Shown here: piece by piece, positions 31,871 through 41,050 of the stretch
Layout of the letters: each line of letters begins with the position of its first letter
Numbering within the stretch: position 1 is the stretch's first letter
DNA from: Thermodesulfobacteriota bacterium
Lineage (GTDB): Bacteria > Desulfobacterota > Desulfobacteria > Desulfobacterales > SURF-7
Direction: 5' to 3'
Assembly (NCBI GenBank): GCA_049320885.1
Contig: JBMORA010000001.1
Coordinates: 338,622-402,621 of the forward strand
DNA length: 64,000 nucleotides
Notes under the pieces: model-generated
What the model was told of the DNA's origin: nothing
The model's database searches: none
What the model saw: the letters and a program-made list of their open reading frames with translations, nothing else
Program-made: the position numbers and the translations under genes

Positions 31871-32702
31871 TTTCTTTCATTGGATCGCGCCCCCTTTCAA
31901 ACAACTCCGGACGGCGGTTTGGTAAAAAATAGCGCATGCGATGCCCCCGGATGTTTCTGAGTTCGTCCATGGAAAGATCGACTATCATCATGGCCTCACG
32001 GGTAGCGCTGAACCTTTTTTTAAGAATGTCGCCGGAGGGGCTGATGGCGACCGCTAGACCGGGAAAAAACAAACCGTCCCCGTTGTCGCCGATTTGATTG
32101 CAAGCGACGATGAACAAACTGTTGTCGAAAGCCCTGGCTCTCAAATGCCGCAACCAGGATCGGTATTTTTCCGCTGGTGTCCCCCGGGGAGAAGCGTGGG
32201 GAATGAAAATGACGTCCGCCCCGCTTTCCGCCATGAAGGTGGACAACTCGGGAAAGTGGGCGTCGTAACACAACTGGATGCCGAATGTCAGCCCCCCGGA
32301 CCGGAAGAGGGGAATGTCTTGCCCGGCCTGAAAAACGGATCGTTCAGGTGGCGCTATGTGCAGTTTTCGATAGACCCCCAGGCAGCCGTCAGGCTGGATC
32401 ACCAGATGGCTGGCATAGGCGCCTCCCTGTTCATCCTTCTCCATCAGGCCGGCCAGAATCGTTGTTCCGCTGCGGCGGGACATGGCTTTCACGGTTTCCG
32501 TCACCGGATCATTCAGCTTTCGCGCAGCGTTAAGCCGGCAAGCCTTCGTTCCATAACCGGAAATGTTCAGCTCCGGAAAACAGACGATACGCGCGCCTTT
32601 GCTGGCGGCCCTATCAACCCACCGGCGCATGCGGGCCAGATTGTCCGGTTCCTTTTCCACCGGTGCATAAGCAATGACAGCGGCAATGCGAACGGCTTCC
32701 AT
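31851..32702 (-). CDS. Nitrilase-related carbon-nitrogen hydrolase
   Basis: FPEL, YRKLH and LCYDAHFPE give the E-K-C triad. Confidence 0.9.
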   Translation of the reverse strand: MEAVRIAAVIAYAPVEKEPDNLARMRRWVDRAASKGARIVCFPELNISGYGTKACRLNAARKLNDPVTETVKAMSRRSGTTILAGLMEKDEQGGAYASHLVIQPDGCLGVYRKLHIAPPERSVFQAGQDIPLFRSGGLTFGIQLCYDAHFPELSTFMAESGADVIFIPHASPRGTPAEKYRSWLRHLRARAFDNSLFIVACNQIGDNGDGLFFPGLAVAISPSGDILKKRFSATREAMMIVDLSMDELRNIRGHRMRYFLPNRRPELFERGRDPMKEIKEQKD

Positions 32703-33145
32703 TACAGGTCGAACTTGGCCCTGATTTTAAAAACACGGGTTGCCGGGAGATTGAGGACCCGAACGCCGGTTTCGGTCTCGATCTGTCCTAAATAGGTTTC
32801 AATCAGTTCCATGGTGGGCGCGATGAAAGTGAACCAGATATTATAATCGTTGTCACGCTCATAATTATGAGTCACCCCGGGATATCGGTTCACGGTTGCG
32901 GTGAACAGGTCGATTTTATTCTCAGGCACTCTGGCGGCACAAAGCGTGCTGACAAAACCCAGTTTGTCCGGCGAGAAATTACCGCCTATCCGACGGACGA
33001 TGCCGGCGTCTTTCAACCGAATGAGGCGCTGGATGACATCCTCCTCGGCCAATCCCAGTTCCCTGGCGATCATATGATAGGGCCTTGCCGTTATTGGGAA
33101 ATTCGACTGGATCCGGTTGAGGATGGATTTGTCGATGGAATCCAT
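32702..33145 (-). CDS. ahbA: Siroheme decarboxylase alpha subunit (Lrp/AsnC-like)
   Basis: IQSNFPITARPY, IVRRIG, GFVSTLCAA, GVTHNYER, YNIWFT and LNLPATRVFKI motifs. Confidence 0.85.
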   Translation of the reverse strand: MDSIDKSILNRIQSNFPITARPYHMIARELGLAEEDVIQRLIRLKDAGIVRRIGGNFSPDKLGFVSTLCAARVPENKIDLFTATVNRYPGVTHNYERDNDYNIWFTFIAPTMELIETYLGQIETETGVRVLNLPATRVFKIRAKFDL

Positions 33146-33152
33146 TTGGATT

Positions 33153-33584
33153 TCATTCTCTCCGGTTATCGGCGGCTTCATGGTTTTTCTCCATTGCGGG
33201 TATGAACTGCAGATGGACCTTGCGGGTTCGCGGACCGTCAAATTCGCAGAAAAAAACGCTCTGCCATAACCCGAGAACCAGACGCCCCTGCTCGATGGCA
33301 ACCAATTCCGAGGCCCCCACCAGGGTTGCCTTCATATGAGCGGCGGAATTGCCTTCCACATGACGATATCCCCCGGACCACGGAATGAGGCGATCCAGAA
33401 GGCCGTCCATATCCCGTGGGACATCGGGATCGGCATTCTCGTTGATCGTCACTGCCGCCGTGGTGTGCGGAACGAATACCATGCAAACACCGCTCGAAAC
33501 ACCCCGGCTATCCACCGCTTGCTGAATCCGTGCGGTGATATCGATGAATTGGGTCCGGGTTGCAGTCGTGAGGGTCAGGATCAT
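33153..33584 (-). CDS. yjbQ: YjbQ / UPF0047 family protein
   Basis: PHTTAAVTINENADPDV, HVEGNSAAH and EFDGPR motifs. Confidence 0.9.
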   Translation of the reverse strand: MILTLTTATRTQFIDITARIQQAVDSRGVSSGVCMVFVPHTTAAVTINENADPDVPRDMDGLLDRLIPWSGGYRHVEGNSAAHMKATLVGASELVAIEQGRLVLGLWQSVFFCEFDGPRTRKVHLQFIPAMEKNHEAADNRRE

Positions 33585-33607
33585 GGGCCATCAGTTGTGG
33601 CACAAAG

Positions 33608-33646
33608 TCTGAAATAATAATCTGAAATAGTAATCTGAAATAAAAA
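33608..33646. repeat. 13-bp tandem repeat x3 (TCTGAAATA[A/G][T/A]AA)
   Basis: tctgaaataataa / tctgaaatagtaa / tctgaaataaaaa. Confidence 0.85.
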
Positions 33647-33669
33647 AGGCCCTGACTGGATCAGGGCCT
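33641..33669 (-). terminator. Intrinsic terminator of dsrC
   Basis: AGGCCCTGA-N5-TCAGGGCCT followed by a U run on the minus strand. Confidence 0.8.
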
Positions 33670-33693
33670 CTCCATAACGATGAAGCGAAGAGC

Positions 33694-34011
33694 TTATACG
33701 CATCCGGTCGGTTTGGGAAGGCCGGCCATTTTGCAAGCTCCTTTTCCCGGTCCGGAGGGGAAGAGCTCATAAATGTGTTTCAGTTTGAAGGTGGTCAGTT
33801 TGGAGAGAACCCGAACCATTGGAGCGATACCGTTCTTTTTATAGTAGTCCTGAAGGACATTGATGACCTTCCAATGTTCCTCGTTGAGTTCGTCGATGCC
33901 TTCCTGCTCTTTAACGTACATGACCCAGTTTTTGGACCACTGGTTGAAATCCAGGATGAAACCGTCTTCATCTATCTGAAATTTCTCGCCGTTGAATTCA
34001 ACATCAGCCAT
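33694..34011 (-). CDS. dsrC: Dissimilatory sulfite reductase substrate/sulfur-carrier protein DsrC
   Basis: 105 aa; C-terminal arm GPGKGACKMAGLPKPTGCV has both conserved Cys. Confidence 0.93.
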   Translation of the reverse strand: MADVEFNGEKFQIDEDGFILDFNQWSKNWVMYVKEQEGIDELNEEHWKVINVLQDYYKKNGIAPMVRVLSKLTTFKLKHIYELFPSGPGKGACKMAGLPKPTGCV

Positions 34012-34186
34012 TTAGATAACCTCCTTTATCTGATTATTTTTCACCAGGCCTCTTGCCCGTCTTGTCCTTCAATTCCCGTGTATACTGTTTGAAAGTGAGA
34101 CATTTATACCAAACCGCCGGCATTGTCAATATCAAAAGTTATCCGTATTCCCCTGATAAGATCCCGGCCGTCATCCCATGATCCGG

Positions 34187-35044
34187 TTAATACTCCCGGG
34201 GTGTCCGGTTGATCTGGTCCAGGGTGAAGACTGGGCCGTCCTTGCAGACGAATTCCTTGCCGATGTTGCAGCGGCCGCACATTCCGAAACCGCATTTCAT
34301 CCGGTTTTCAAGGCTCATGATGATGTGATCATGGGCATACCCCAGTTTTTCCAGAACCGGTTGGGTGAACTTGATCATGATGGGCGGTCCGCAGACGATG
34401 GCGTAGGTATTGTCGTCCCCCTGGGGCGCTTTTTGTTCGGTGATCGGCGGGACGAAGCCGACATTGTATTTCCAATCCGGATCATCGGTTCGATCCACGG
34501 TGATGTGCATGTTGATATCGTCCCGTTTTTCCCATTCGATCAGTTCCTGCTTGTAAAGCAACATGCCGGGGCTTCGGGCGCCGTAGACCACATCAATGGT
34601 GCCGAATTTGGAACGGTTGGCCGGATCCAGCATATAGACGATGGACGACCGCAGGGTGGTGAAGGCGAAACCACCGCCGACGATCAGGATGTTTTTTCCT
34701 TCCAGCTTTTCCCAGGGATACCAGTTGCCCAGCGGACCACGGATACCCATGACATCGCCGACCTTCATGTTGTGCAAATGGCTGGTCACCAGCCCGGCCT
34801 TGTTCACCGTGAACATGACAAAGCCTTTTTCCACCGGTGACGAGGCGATGCCGATGGGGATTTCCCCCTTGCCGGGAATGGAAAGCTCCCCGAACTGACC
34901 GGCCTTATAGGCGTACTTGGCCTCATCCTCGGGATTGATGAATACAAATTTAAACGTCTTCAAATTTTTATCTTCGGTCTCGGTGATGATCTCGTCGATC
35001 CGGACCGGATAAGGTAAATATGGATTTTGCACAGTGCCTCCCAT
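34187..35044 (-). CDS. flxA: FlxA: FAD/NAD(P)-binding subunit with [2Fe-2S]
   Basis: GIRGPLGN, GGGFA, CGPPIM and MKCGFGMCGRC...CKDGPVF motifs. Confidence 0.8.
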   Translation of the reverse strand: MGGTVQNPYLPYPVRIDEIITETEDKNLKTFKFVFINPEDEAKYAYKAGQFGELSIPGKGEIPIGIASSPVEKGFVMFTVNKAGLVTSHLHNMKVGDVMGIRGPLGNWYPWEKLEGKNILIVGGGFAFTTLRSSIVYMLDPANRSKFGTIDVVYGARSPGMLLYKQELIEWEKRDDINMHITVDRTDDPDWKYNVGFVPPITEQKAPQGDDNTYAIVCGPPIMIKFTQPVLEKLGYAHDHIIMSLENRMKCGFGMCGRCNIGKEFVCKDGPVFTLDQINRTPREY

Positions 35045-36120
35045 TATCGTTTTACCGCGCAGGCTTCGGTATCCGCGGAATGACTGTTCATGATGTTGCA
35101 GACCTTGCGGATATCAATGTTGACCGGGCAGGAACGGATGCATCGGCCGCAGCCGACACACATGACACCGTCCTCGTATTTATCCAGGAAGTACTTTAAT
35201 TTGTGCATGAAGCGCTGACGCACCCGCTGGACTTTGGTTCCCCTTGGATTGTGACCGGTTGTATGAATCGTGAAAAGCGGATACATGCAGCTGTCCCACG
35301 TCTTCATGCGCTTACCGCTTTTGCCGTGGGTTTCATCCTGGATGTCGAAGCACCAGCAGGTGGGGCACACATAGGTACAGGTGCCGCAATTGATGCAGGC
35401 GAAGGCAACATCTTCCCAGAAATCCGCCTCATACAGCGCCATGATGGATTGCTTGCGGATATTGTCGAAAGCGATGGAAGAACGAATCCTGGACTCGGCC
35501 GCGGTTTTCAACTCGGCGATGCGTTTTTCACCTGCGGCGCCGGCGTCGGTCACCCAGCCCGCCGCCTTGGCGAAGGCTGCGCCTTTATCCGTGATGATTT
35601 TGGCCAGATAATGATCCCCCGCGTCCACCAGCAGGACATCCAGCCCGCGTTCATCGAAAGGACCGGAGTCGGTGCTGGTGCTGAAATCGAGACTGCCGGG
35701 CTCGTTCACCGCCAGCCCCACAAAAGTGCAGGCCGCATAAGCATCGCACCAGTACGGATCACGATACTCGGGGGTATCGAAATTCTTTTTCACCAATAAA
35801 AAAGCCGCCGCATCATAGGGGCGGATGCCGATAATCGCGCGGGGAGAATAGTCTTTCCGGGCTTCCTGCATCCGGTTGCAGGCGTCGCTGGTTTCGTCCG
35901 TCGTATATACCATCAAGACTTCCTGGGGTGGGAAAGCGATGGATTTGGGCGAAAGGCGCGTATCCGTGGCGGCCATATCCGGCAGCTCATCCGGCCCCAG
36001 GGCTTTGAATTCGCTGAAGTCCTTGTCCTGCACGCGGGCCGGACCAACCAGATGATAGGCACTCCGGGTTTTCCCGATGCCGGTGGCCCAGTCTTTTTTG
36101 TCGATTTTGAAGACCTTCAT
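35044..36120 (-). CDS. flxB: FlxB: 4Fe-4S dicluster protein (AsrA/HydB-like)
   Basis: CINCGTCTYVCPTCWC, RQRFMHK and CVGCGRCIRSCP motifs. Confidence 0.78.
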   Translation of the reverse strand: MKVFKIDKKDWATGIGKTRSAYHLVGPARVQDKDFSEFKALGPDELPDMAATDTRLSPKSIAFPPQEVLMVYTTDETSDACNRMQEARKDYSPRAIIGIRPYDAAAFLLVKKNFDTPEYRDPYWCDAYAACTFVGLAVNEPGSLDFSTSTDSGPFDERGLDVLLVDAGDHYLAKIITDKGAAFAKAAGWVTDAGAAGEKRIAELKTAAESRIRSSIAFDNIRKQSIMALYEADFWEDVAFACINCGTCTYVCPTCWCFDIQDETHGKSGKRMKTWDSCMYPLFTIHTTGHNPRGTKVQRVRQRFMHKLKYFLDKYEDGVMCVGCGRCIRSCPVNIDIRKVCNIMNSHSADTEACAVKR

Positions 36121-36227
36121 AGTATCTGCCTTTACTCGTTATGTTGGGTGTTCCGTCGGTCGGCGTGCCGGCGGCCGGGAAAACGACCGCCCGCCGGTCG
36201 AACGCACTGCGTCCGGGCACCGGAATA

Positions 36228-37175
36228 TTATTTGATGAAATCCTCCGGGTCATCGGGTTTGAATGTATCCAGGGGCGGACGTACATCCAGCGACATGCCG
36301 GCTTCCCATCCATACAGCTCGAAGGCGTCCTTCTCCAGTTTTTTGGTAAACGCCCGCATATTGATGTTGACCGGGCAGGCCCGCTGGCAGGCCCCACAAT
36401 CCGTGCAGCGGCCGGCGCAATGGTAGGCCCGCAGGAAATGGAACGTGCGTGTATCGATGGGATCCAGTGTTTTGCCGACCCACTGGGGACGGGATTCATC
36501 CACAAAGCAGGTGGGGCAATAGCACAACGGGCAGGCATTCCGGCAGGCATAGCAGCGAACACAGGCTGACAGCAGGTTGTCAAAATATTGCCATTTTTCG
36601 TCCGGATTCATGGCTTCCACCGTGCGCACGTCCGCGTAGCGGTCCACATTCTTCTGCTCCGCCACCAGTTCCGCGGCCAGCTCGTCATAAATCACCGGGT
36701 TGCGGTGAATGCAGACCGCGCAGTTCTCCTGAAGCATCTCGGATTTTTGAAAGGTTTTTTCAACGCCGCCGCCGGTGACCGCCACCGTATCGCCCGATTC
36801 GGTAACGGTTTCGATCTCTGTTTTGCATGCCGCGGCGATTTTATGCCGGTCGATCATGCCCGTGCAGGGGACGCCGATAATGATCAGCTGTTCCCGCTTG
36901 ATTTTGTTTTCAACGATGTGGGTGACGATATTGCGGCTGTCGCATCCCTTGGCCACGACACCGATTTTTTCCTTGCGGCCGGTGAGGTAATTGGCCAGGT
37001 TGATGCCGCAATTGCCGTCCCATACCAGTTGGACGACATCGCCGGGTTTTTTGATGAAACAGGGCTCGTTCATCATGGGCATGGTCCCCTTGCGGAATCC
37101 GATGACCATCTCCACCTGGCAATCCTTCAGCAGCCGTGCGGCGATTTCCTGAATTTTGTCTGTACGTGATGACAT
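36228..37175 (-). CDS. flxC: FlxC: 4Fe-4S dicluster protein
   Basis: KGCDSR, CVRCYACRNACPLCYC and GRCTDCGACQRACP motifs. Confidence 0.75.
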   Translation of the reverse strand: MSSRTDKIQEIAARLLKDCQVEMVIGFRKGTMPMMNEPCFIKKPGDVVQLVWDGNCGINLANYLTGRKEKIGVVAKGCDSRNIVTHIVENKIKREQLIIIGVPCTGMIDRHKIAAACKTEIETVTESGDTVAVTGGGVEKTFQKSEMLQENCAVCIHRNPVIYDELAAELVAEQKNVDRYADVRTVEAMNPDEKWQYFDNLLSACVRCYACRNACPLCYCPTCFVDESRPQWVGKTLDPIDTRTFHFLRAYHCAGRCTDCGACQRACPVNINMRAFTKKLEKDAFELYGWEAGMSLDVRPPLDTFKPDDPEDFIK

Positions 37176-37176
37176 G

Positions 37177-37608
37177 TTACGCTACCTTCGCTTCATGCTT
37201 GACAAATTTTTTGTTGGGGCCTAACGCCTTGACCGCTTCCGTCACTTCCGTGACCACCTTGACGAATTTGGTCGATTCCGCGGATGAGACCCATGAGAAA
37301 TGGAGGCGTCCAGGTTCGACCCCCATGTGTTCCATCAAGTTGTTGAATAACGCGAATTTCCGCCGGGCATGATAATTACCTTCCAGGTAATGACATTCTC
37401 CGGGATGTCACCCGGACACCCAGACCCCGTCCGCGCCTTCGCGCAGGGCGCTCAAGGCGAATTTCGGACTCATCCGGCCGGTGCAAGGTATTCTGATAAC
37501 GCGGATATTCGGCGGATATTGCATTCGACTGACGCCGGCCAGGTCAGCGGCGCCATAGCTGCACCAGTTGCATAAAAAACTGAAAATTTTCGGTTCCCAT
37601 TCAGACAT
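37177..37608 (-). CDS. mvhD: MvhD/FlxD [2Fe-2S] subunit, selenocysteine-containing (143 aa)
   Basis: CNWCSY and PCTGR motifs. In-frame TGA at 37410-37408 reads VSG-U-HPGECHY, and the frame continues to TAA at 37179-37177. Confidence 0.9.
37375..37391 (-). promoter_or_regulatory. Putative SECIS hairpin of mvhD
   Basis: ATTACCT-GGA-AGGTAAT, a perfect 7-bp stem with the loop 23 nt after the UGA. Confidence 0.65.
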
Positions 37609-37672
37609 GCTTCATTTCTCCTTCAATCATTGAGGTAGCAGGCACCGTGGATTATGGCGCCCGGCTGATTCT

Positions 37673-40600
37673 TCAGACCGCCCCATGCACTGCGAAAATC
37701 TGGGCGAAGATCTGGTCGTTGTCAAAGCCCTTCAGATGAATGGCGCCGCTGCGGCAGGAGGCGACACACAGGCCGCATCCTTTGCAGAGGACCGGATTGA
37801 TCTCCGCCTTTCCGGCAAACGGCCCCTTCTCGGTATAGGACGGGGCGGAATACGGACAGATGGACAAACAAACACCGCAGGAACTGCACATACCTTGATC
37901 TGTCTTGGCTACTGTACCGCTGGTATGGATTTTTTCACGGGCCAGCAAAGTAACCGCGCGCGAAGTGGCCGCCTTGGCTTGGGCCACGGATTCGTCGATG
38001 GGTTTGGGATAATGGGCCAAACCACAAAGGAAAACACCGTCCGTGGCAAATTCGGATGGTCCGAGTTTGGCATGTCTTTCCACAAAGAATCCGTCTTCAT
38101 TGATGGGAATTTTGAAGAACTGGGCAAGCCGCTCATCCCGGTTTGGAATGATCGCCGATGCCAGGGTCAGAAGATCGGCTTCGATTTCCATGGGACGTCC
38201 AAGAACATGGTCGATAACGCTTACCATCAAGCGACCATCCTTCAGGTGAACTTCCGGCTTGCGGGAAACGGAGTACCGAATAAAGATAACACCGGCTTCG
38301 CGAGCCGCCTTGTACAGATATTCCCTTTCCCCGTAAGTCCGGATATCACGATACAGGATGAACACGTTCATGGCGGGATTCAATTTTTTGAGAGCCAGTG
38401 CGTTTTCCACGGAGTGGGTGCAGCATACCCGTGAACAATATGGTCTTTCCTTTTCCCTGGAGCCGACGCACTGAATGAATACGGCGCAATGGATATCTTT
38501 CATGGAAGGTTCCCCGTCCATCAGTCTCTTGTCCAGTTCGAGACTGGTCAGCACGCGCGGATCTTTTCCATAACCGTATTCATCGGGCTCAAAAGCCCGG
38601 GCGCCGGTTGCAATCACCGCCACACCATGCTCAACGACCTGATTCTCCCGATCTTTCGTCAGGGTGGTTTTAAAATTTCCAACGAACCCCTCGACATTGC
38701 TGATGGAAGTATTCAGATGCACATGGATGTTGTCGTTCCGGCTGACGGACTGAACCAGCATGGAAAGGCGTTCCTGTACGTTCTCTCCCTTGGCGGTTCT
38801 GGCGATGCTCAATGCCTGACCGCCGAGCTGCCCGGTCTGTTCCACCAGATGGGTTACATACCCTTGATTGGCGAAGCTTTGTGCTGTGGTGAGACCGGAA
38901 ATTCCTCCGCCGATTACAAGGGCTGTCTGGTTGACGGTAAGTTCAGCCTCTTCCAGGGGCACCGTCAAGGCCACTTTGGAAACGGCCATGCGGACCAAAT
39001 CCTTGGCCTTGCTTGTCGCCAAATCCGGATTGTGCTTATGCACCCAGGAGTTGTGGTTGCGGATATTGGCCATTTCGAAAAGATATTTATTCAAGCCCGC
39101 GTTAATCAAGGTTTCCTTGAACAACGGCTCATGGGTTTTGGGTGTGCAGGCTGCCACAACGATCCGGTTCAGTTTCTTTTCCTTGATGATCTGAACCATG
39201 TTTTCCTGGGTGTCCTGGGAGCAGGCGTACAGGTTGTCGGTGGCGTATTCCACATACGGAAGCCTTGCGGCGTATTCCGCCACGTTCGGTACGTCCACGG
39301 TGCCGGCGATATTGGTGCCGCAGCGGCAGACAAACACTCCGATACGAGGTCTTTCTCCGGTGACATTGAGCTCAGGCACCGCTTCCGGAGTTCTGGTAAG
39401 AGTATTTCGGGCCGCGGTAAGCAATTCTCCGGCGGCTTCAGCAGCCGCACTGGCGTCGATGACCGATTGGGGAATGTCTTTTGGGCCCTGGAAAGCGCCG
39501 CAGACGAATATCCCTTTCCGTGAAGTTTCCACCGGAGTAAATGAGTCGGTCTGACAGAATTTGCCGGCGGTGAGTTTGATCCCCAGGGAATCCGCAAGGG
39601 CGATGTTCTGTTTGGCGGTCTCAAGGCCGATGGAAAGAACAACCATGTCGAATACTTCCGTCTTAACCTGGCCGTCCTCGGTCACATATCGCAGTTCCAG
39701 ATCATCGCTACCCAGAACCGGGGCGATCGTATGAACCCGGCTGCGAACGAACCGGATGCCGTGTTTTTCCCTGGCCGCATCATAGTAGCGCTCGAATTCC
39801 TTGCCATGGGTCCGCATATCCATGAAGAAAATGGCGCATTCCAGATCATCACCCGCATGTTCCTTTGCGATGATCGCCTCTTTGATGGCGTACATGCAGC
39901 AGACCGATGAACAGTAGGAATGGTCGCACTTGTTCATATCCCGGGAACCAACGCACTGGAACCAGGCAATCTTTTTTGGTTCCCGATGGTCCTTTGACTG
40001 TCGGGTGACATGCCCCATGGTGGGACCCGATGCTGAAAGGATGCGCTCGAATTCCATGGAGGTGAGCACATTGGGATGATTGGCGTAATTATAATTGTCA
40101 AAGGCCGATGGATCGAAAGGCGTAAAACCCGGCGATAAAATAACCGAACCCACTTTCAGGGAAAGGGTCTGCTCTTTCTGATCGTAATCGATCGCCTCCG
40201 CCGGGCAGACTTTCTTGCAGTTGCCGCATTTCCCCTTGGTGAGGTAGATACATTCCTCCGGGTTGATGCTGTATTTCAATGGAACCGCCTGGGCGTATTC
40301 CACGTAAATCGCCTTCCGTTTGGACAAACCGCTGTTGTAGGTGTCCAAAACTTTCTTCGGACATTTTTCAGCGCAGGCGCCACAGCCGACGCATTTGTTT
40401 TCATCCACATAGCGGGGACGTTGGCGGAGCGTAACCTGAAAATTTCCGGCTTCCCCCTCAATGGATTGAATGTCGCACAATGTTTTTAGTTCGATGTTCA
40501 GATGCCGGCCGACCTCGACCAGTTTCGGTGAAATAATTCACATCGCGCAATCGTTTGTTGGAAAGGTCTTGTCCAATTGGGACATGACACCGCCGATGGA

Positions 40601-40717
40601 CGGCCCCTTTTCAACCAGGTAAACATAATAACCGGAATCAGCCAGATCCAGAGCGGATTGCATACCGGCAATCCCTCCGCCCACGACCATCACGGATCCA
40701 ATAACATCTTTTGACAT
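37673..40717 (-). CDS. hdrA: Large HdrA-family flavoprotein (two FAD modules, 1014 aa), selenocysteine-containing
   Basis: [16 protein letters not shown] and [16 protein letters not shown] (TGA at 40540-40538); CVGSR/CSSVCC twice; second GGGISG; C-terminal 2x[4Fe-4S]. Confidence 0.92.
40505..40522 (-). promoter_or_regulatory. Putative SECIS hairpin of hdrA
   Basis: CTGGTCG-AGGT-CGGCCGG (with G-U pairs), loop 22 nt after the UGA. Confidence 0.55.
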
Positions 40718-40784
40718 GTGCGGTTGTCTCCTGTTTCGATAAGTTGCTTATATAGCAAGTTCTTTTAGAACTGATACCATTTTT

Positions 40785-40812
40785 TTGACATAAAGGTAAC
40801 TGAATATATAAT
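40785..40812 (+). promoter_or_regulatory. Consensus sigma70 promoter towards the FAD/CCG oxidoreductase
   Basis: TTGACA-N16-TATAAT. Confidence 0.6.
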
Positions 40813-41050
40813 GGTCTAAACTTTGTCAATGAAAAATCGTTGGTTTGGAATCGATAAATCATATCGAAATAGTAGGAAATATCGCCGCTGATCGCAGCCC
40901 ATGATCCTTCAGGCAGCAATTTTGGGGATTCTGCAAAAAAATAAAATCCGGTTGAATAAAGATCAGGGTGGATGTAAAAATGCAAAATTACATATTTCCT
41001 CACGGAACATACACGCTCGGTCAGGAACCGCCGGACGGACGGGAATAGCC

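Noticed and set aside
36121..36227. GC-rich structured spacer between flxC and flxB as an ncRNA or REP element
   Set aside because: Only a short hairpin (CGACCG/CGGTCG), no second copy in the window and no recognisable RNA family.
37177..40717. Reading hdrA, mvhD (and selD) as nonsense-disrupted pseudogenes
   Set aside because: Each stop is TGA at a conserved Cys position with a downstream hairpin, and selD is present, so Sec recoding explains them better.
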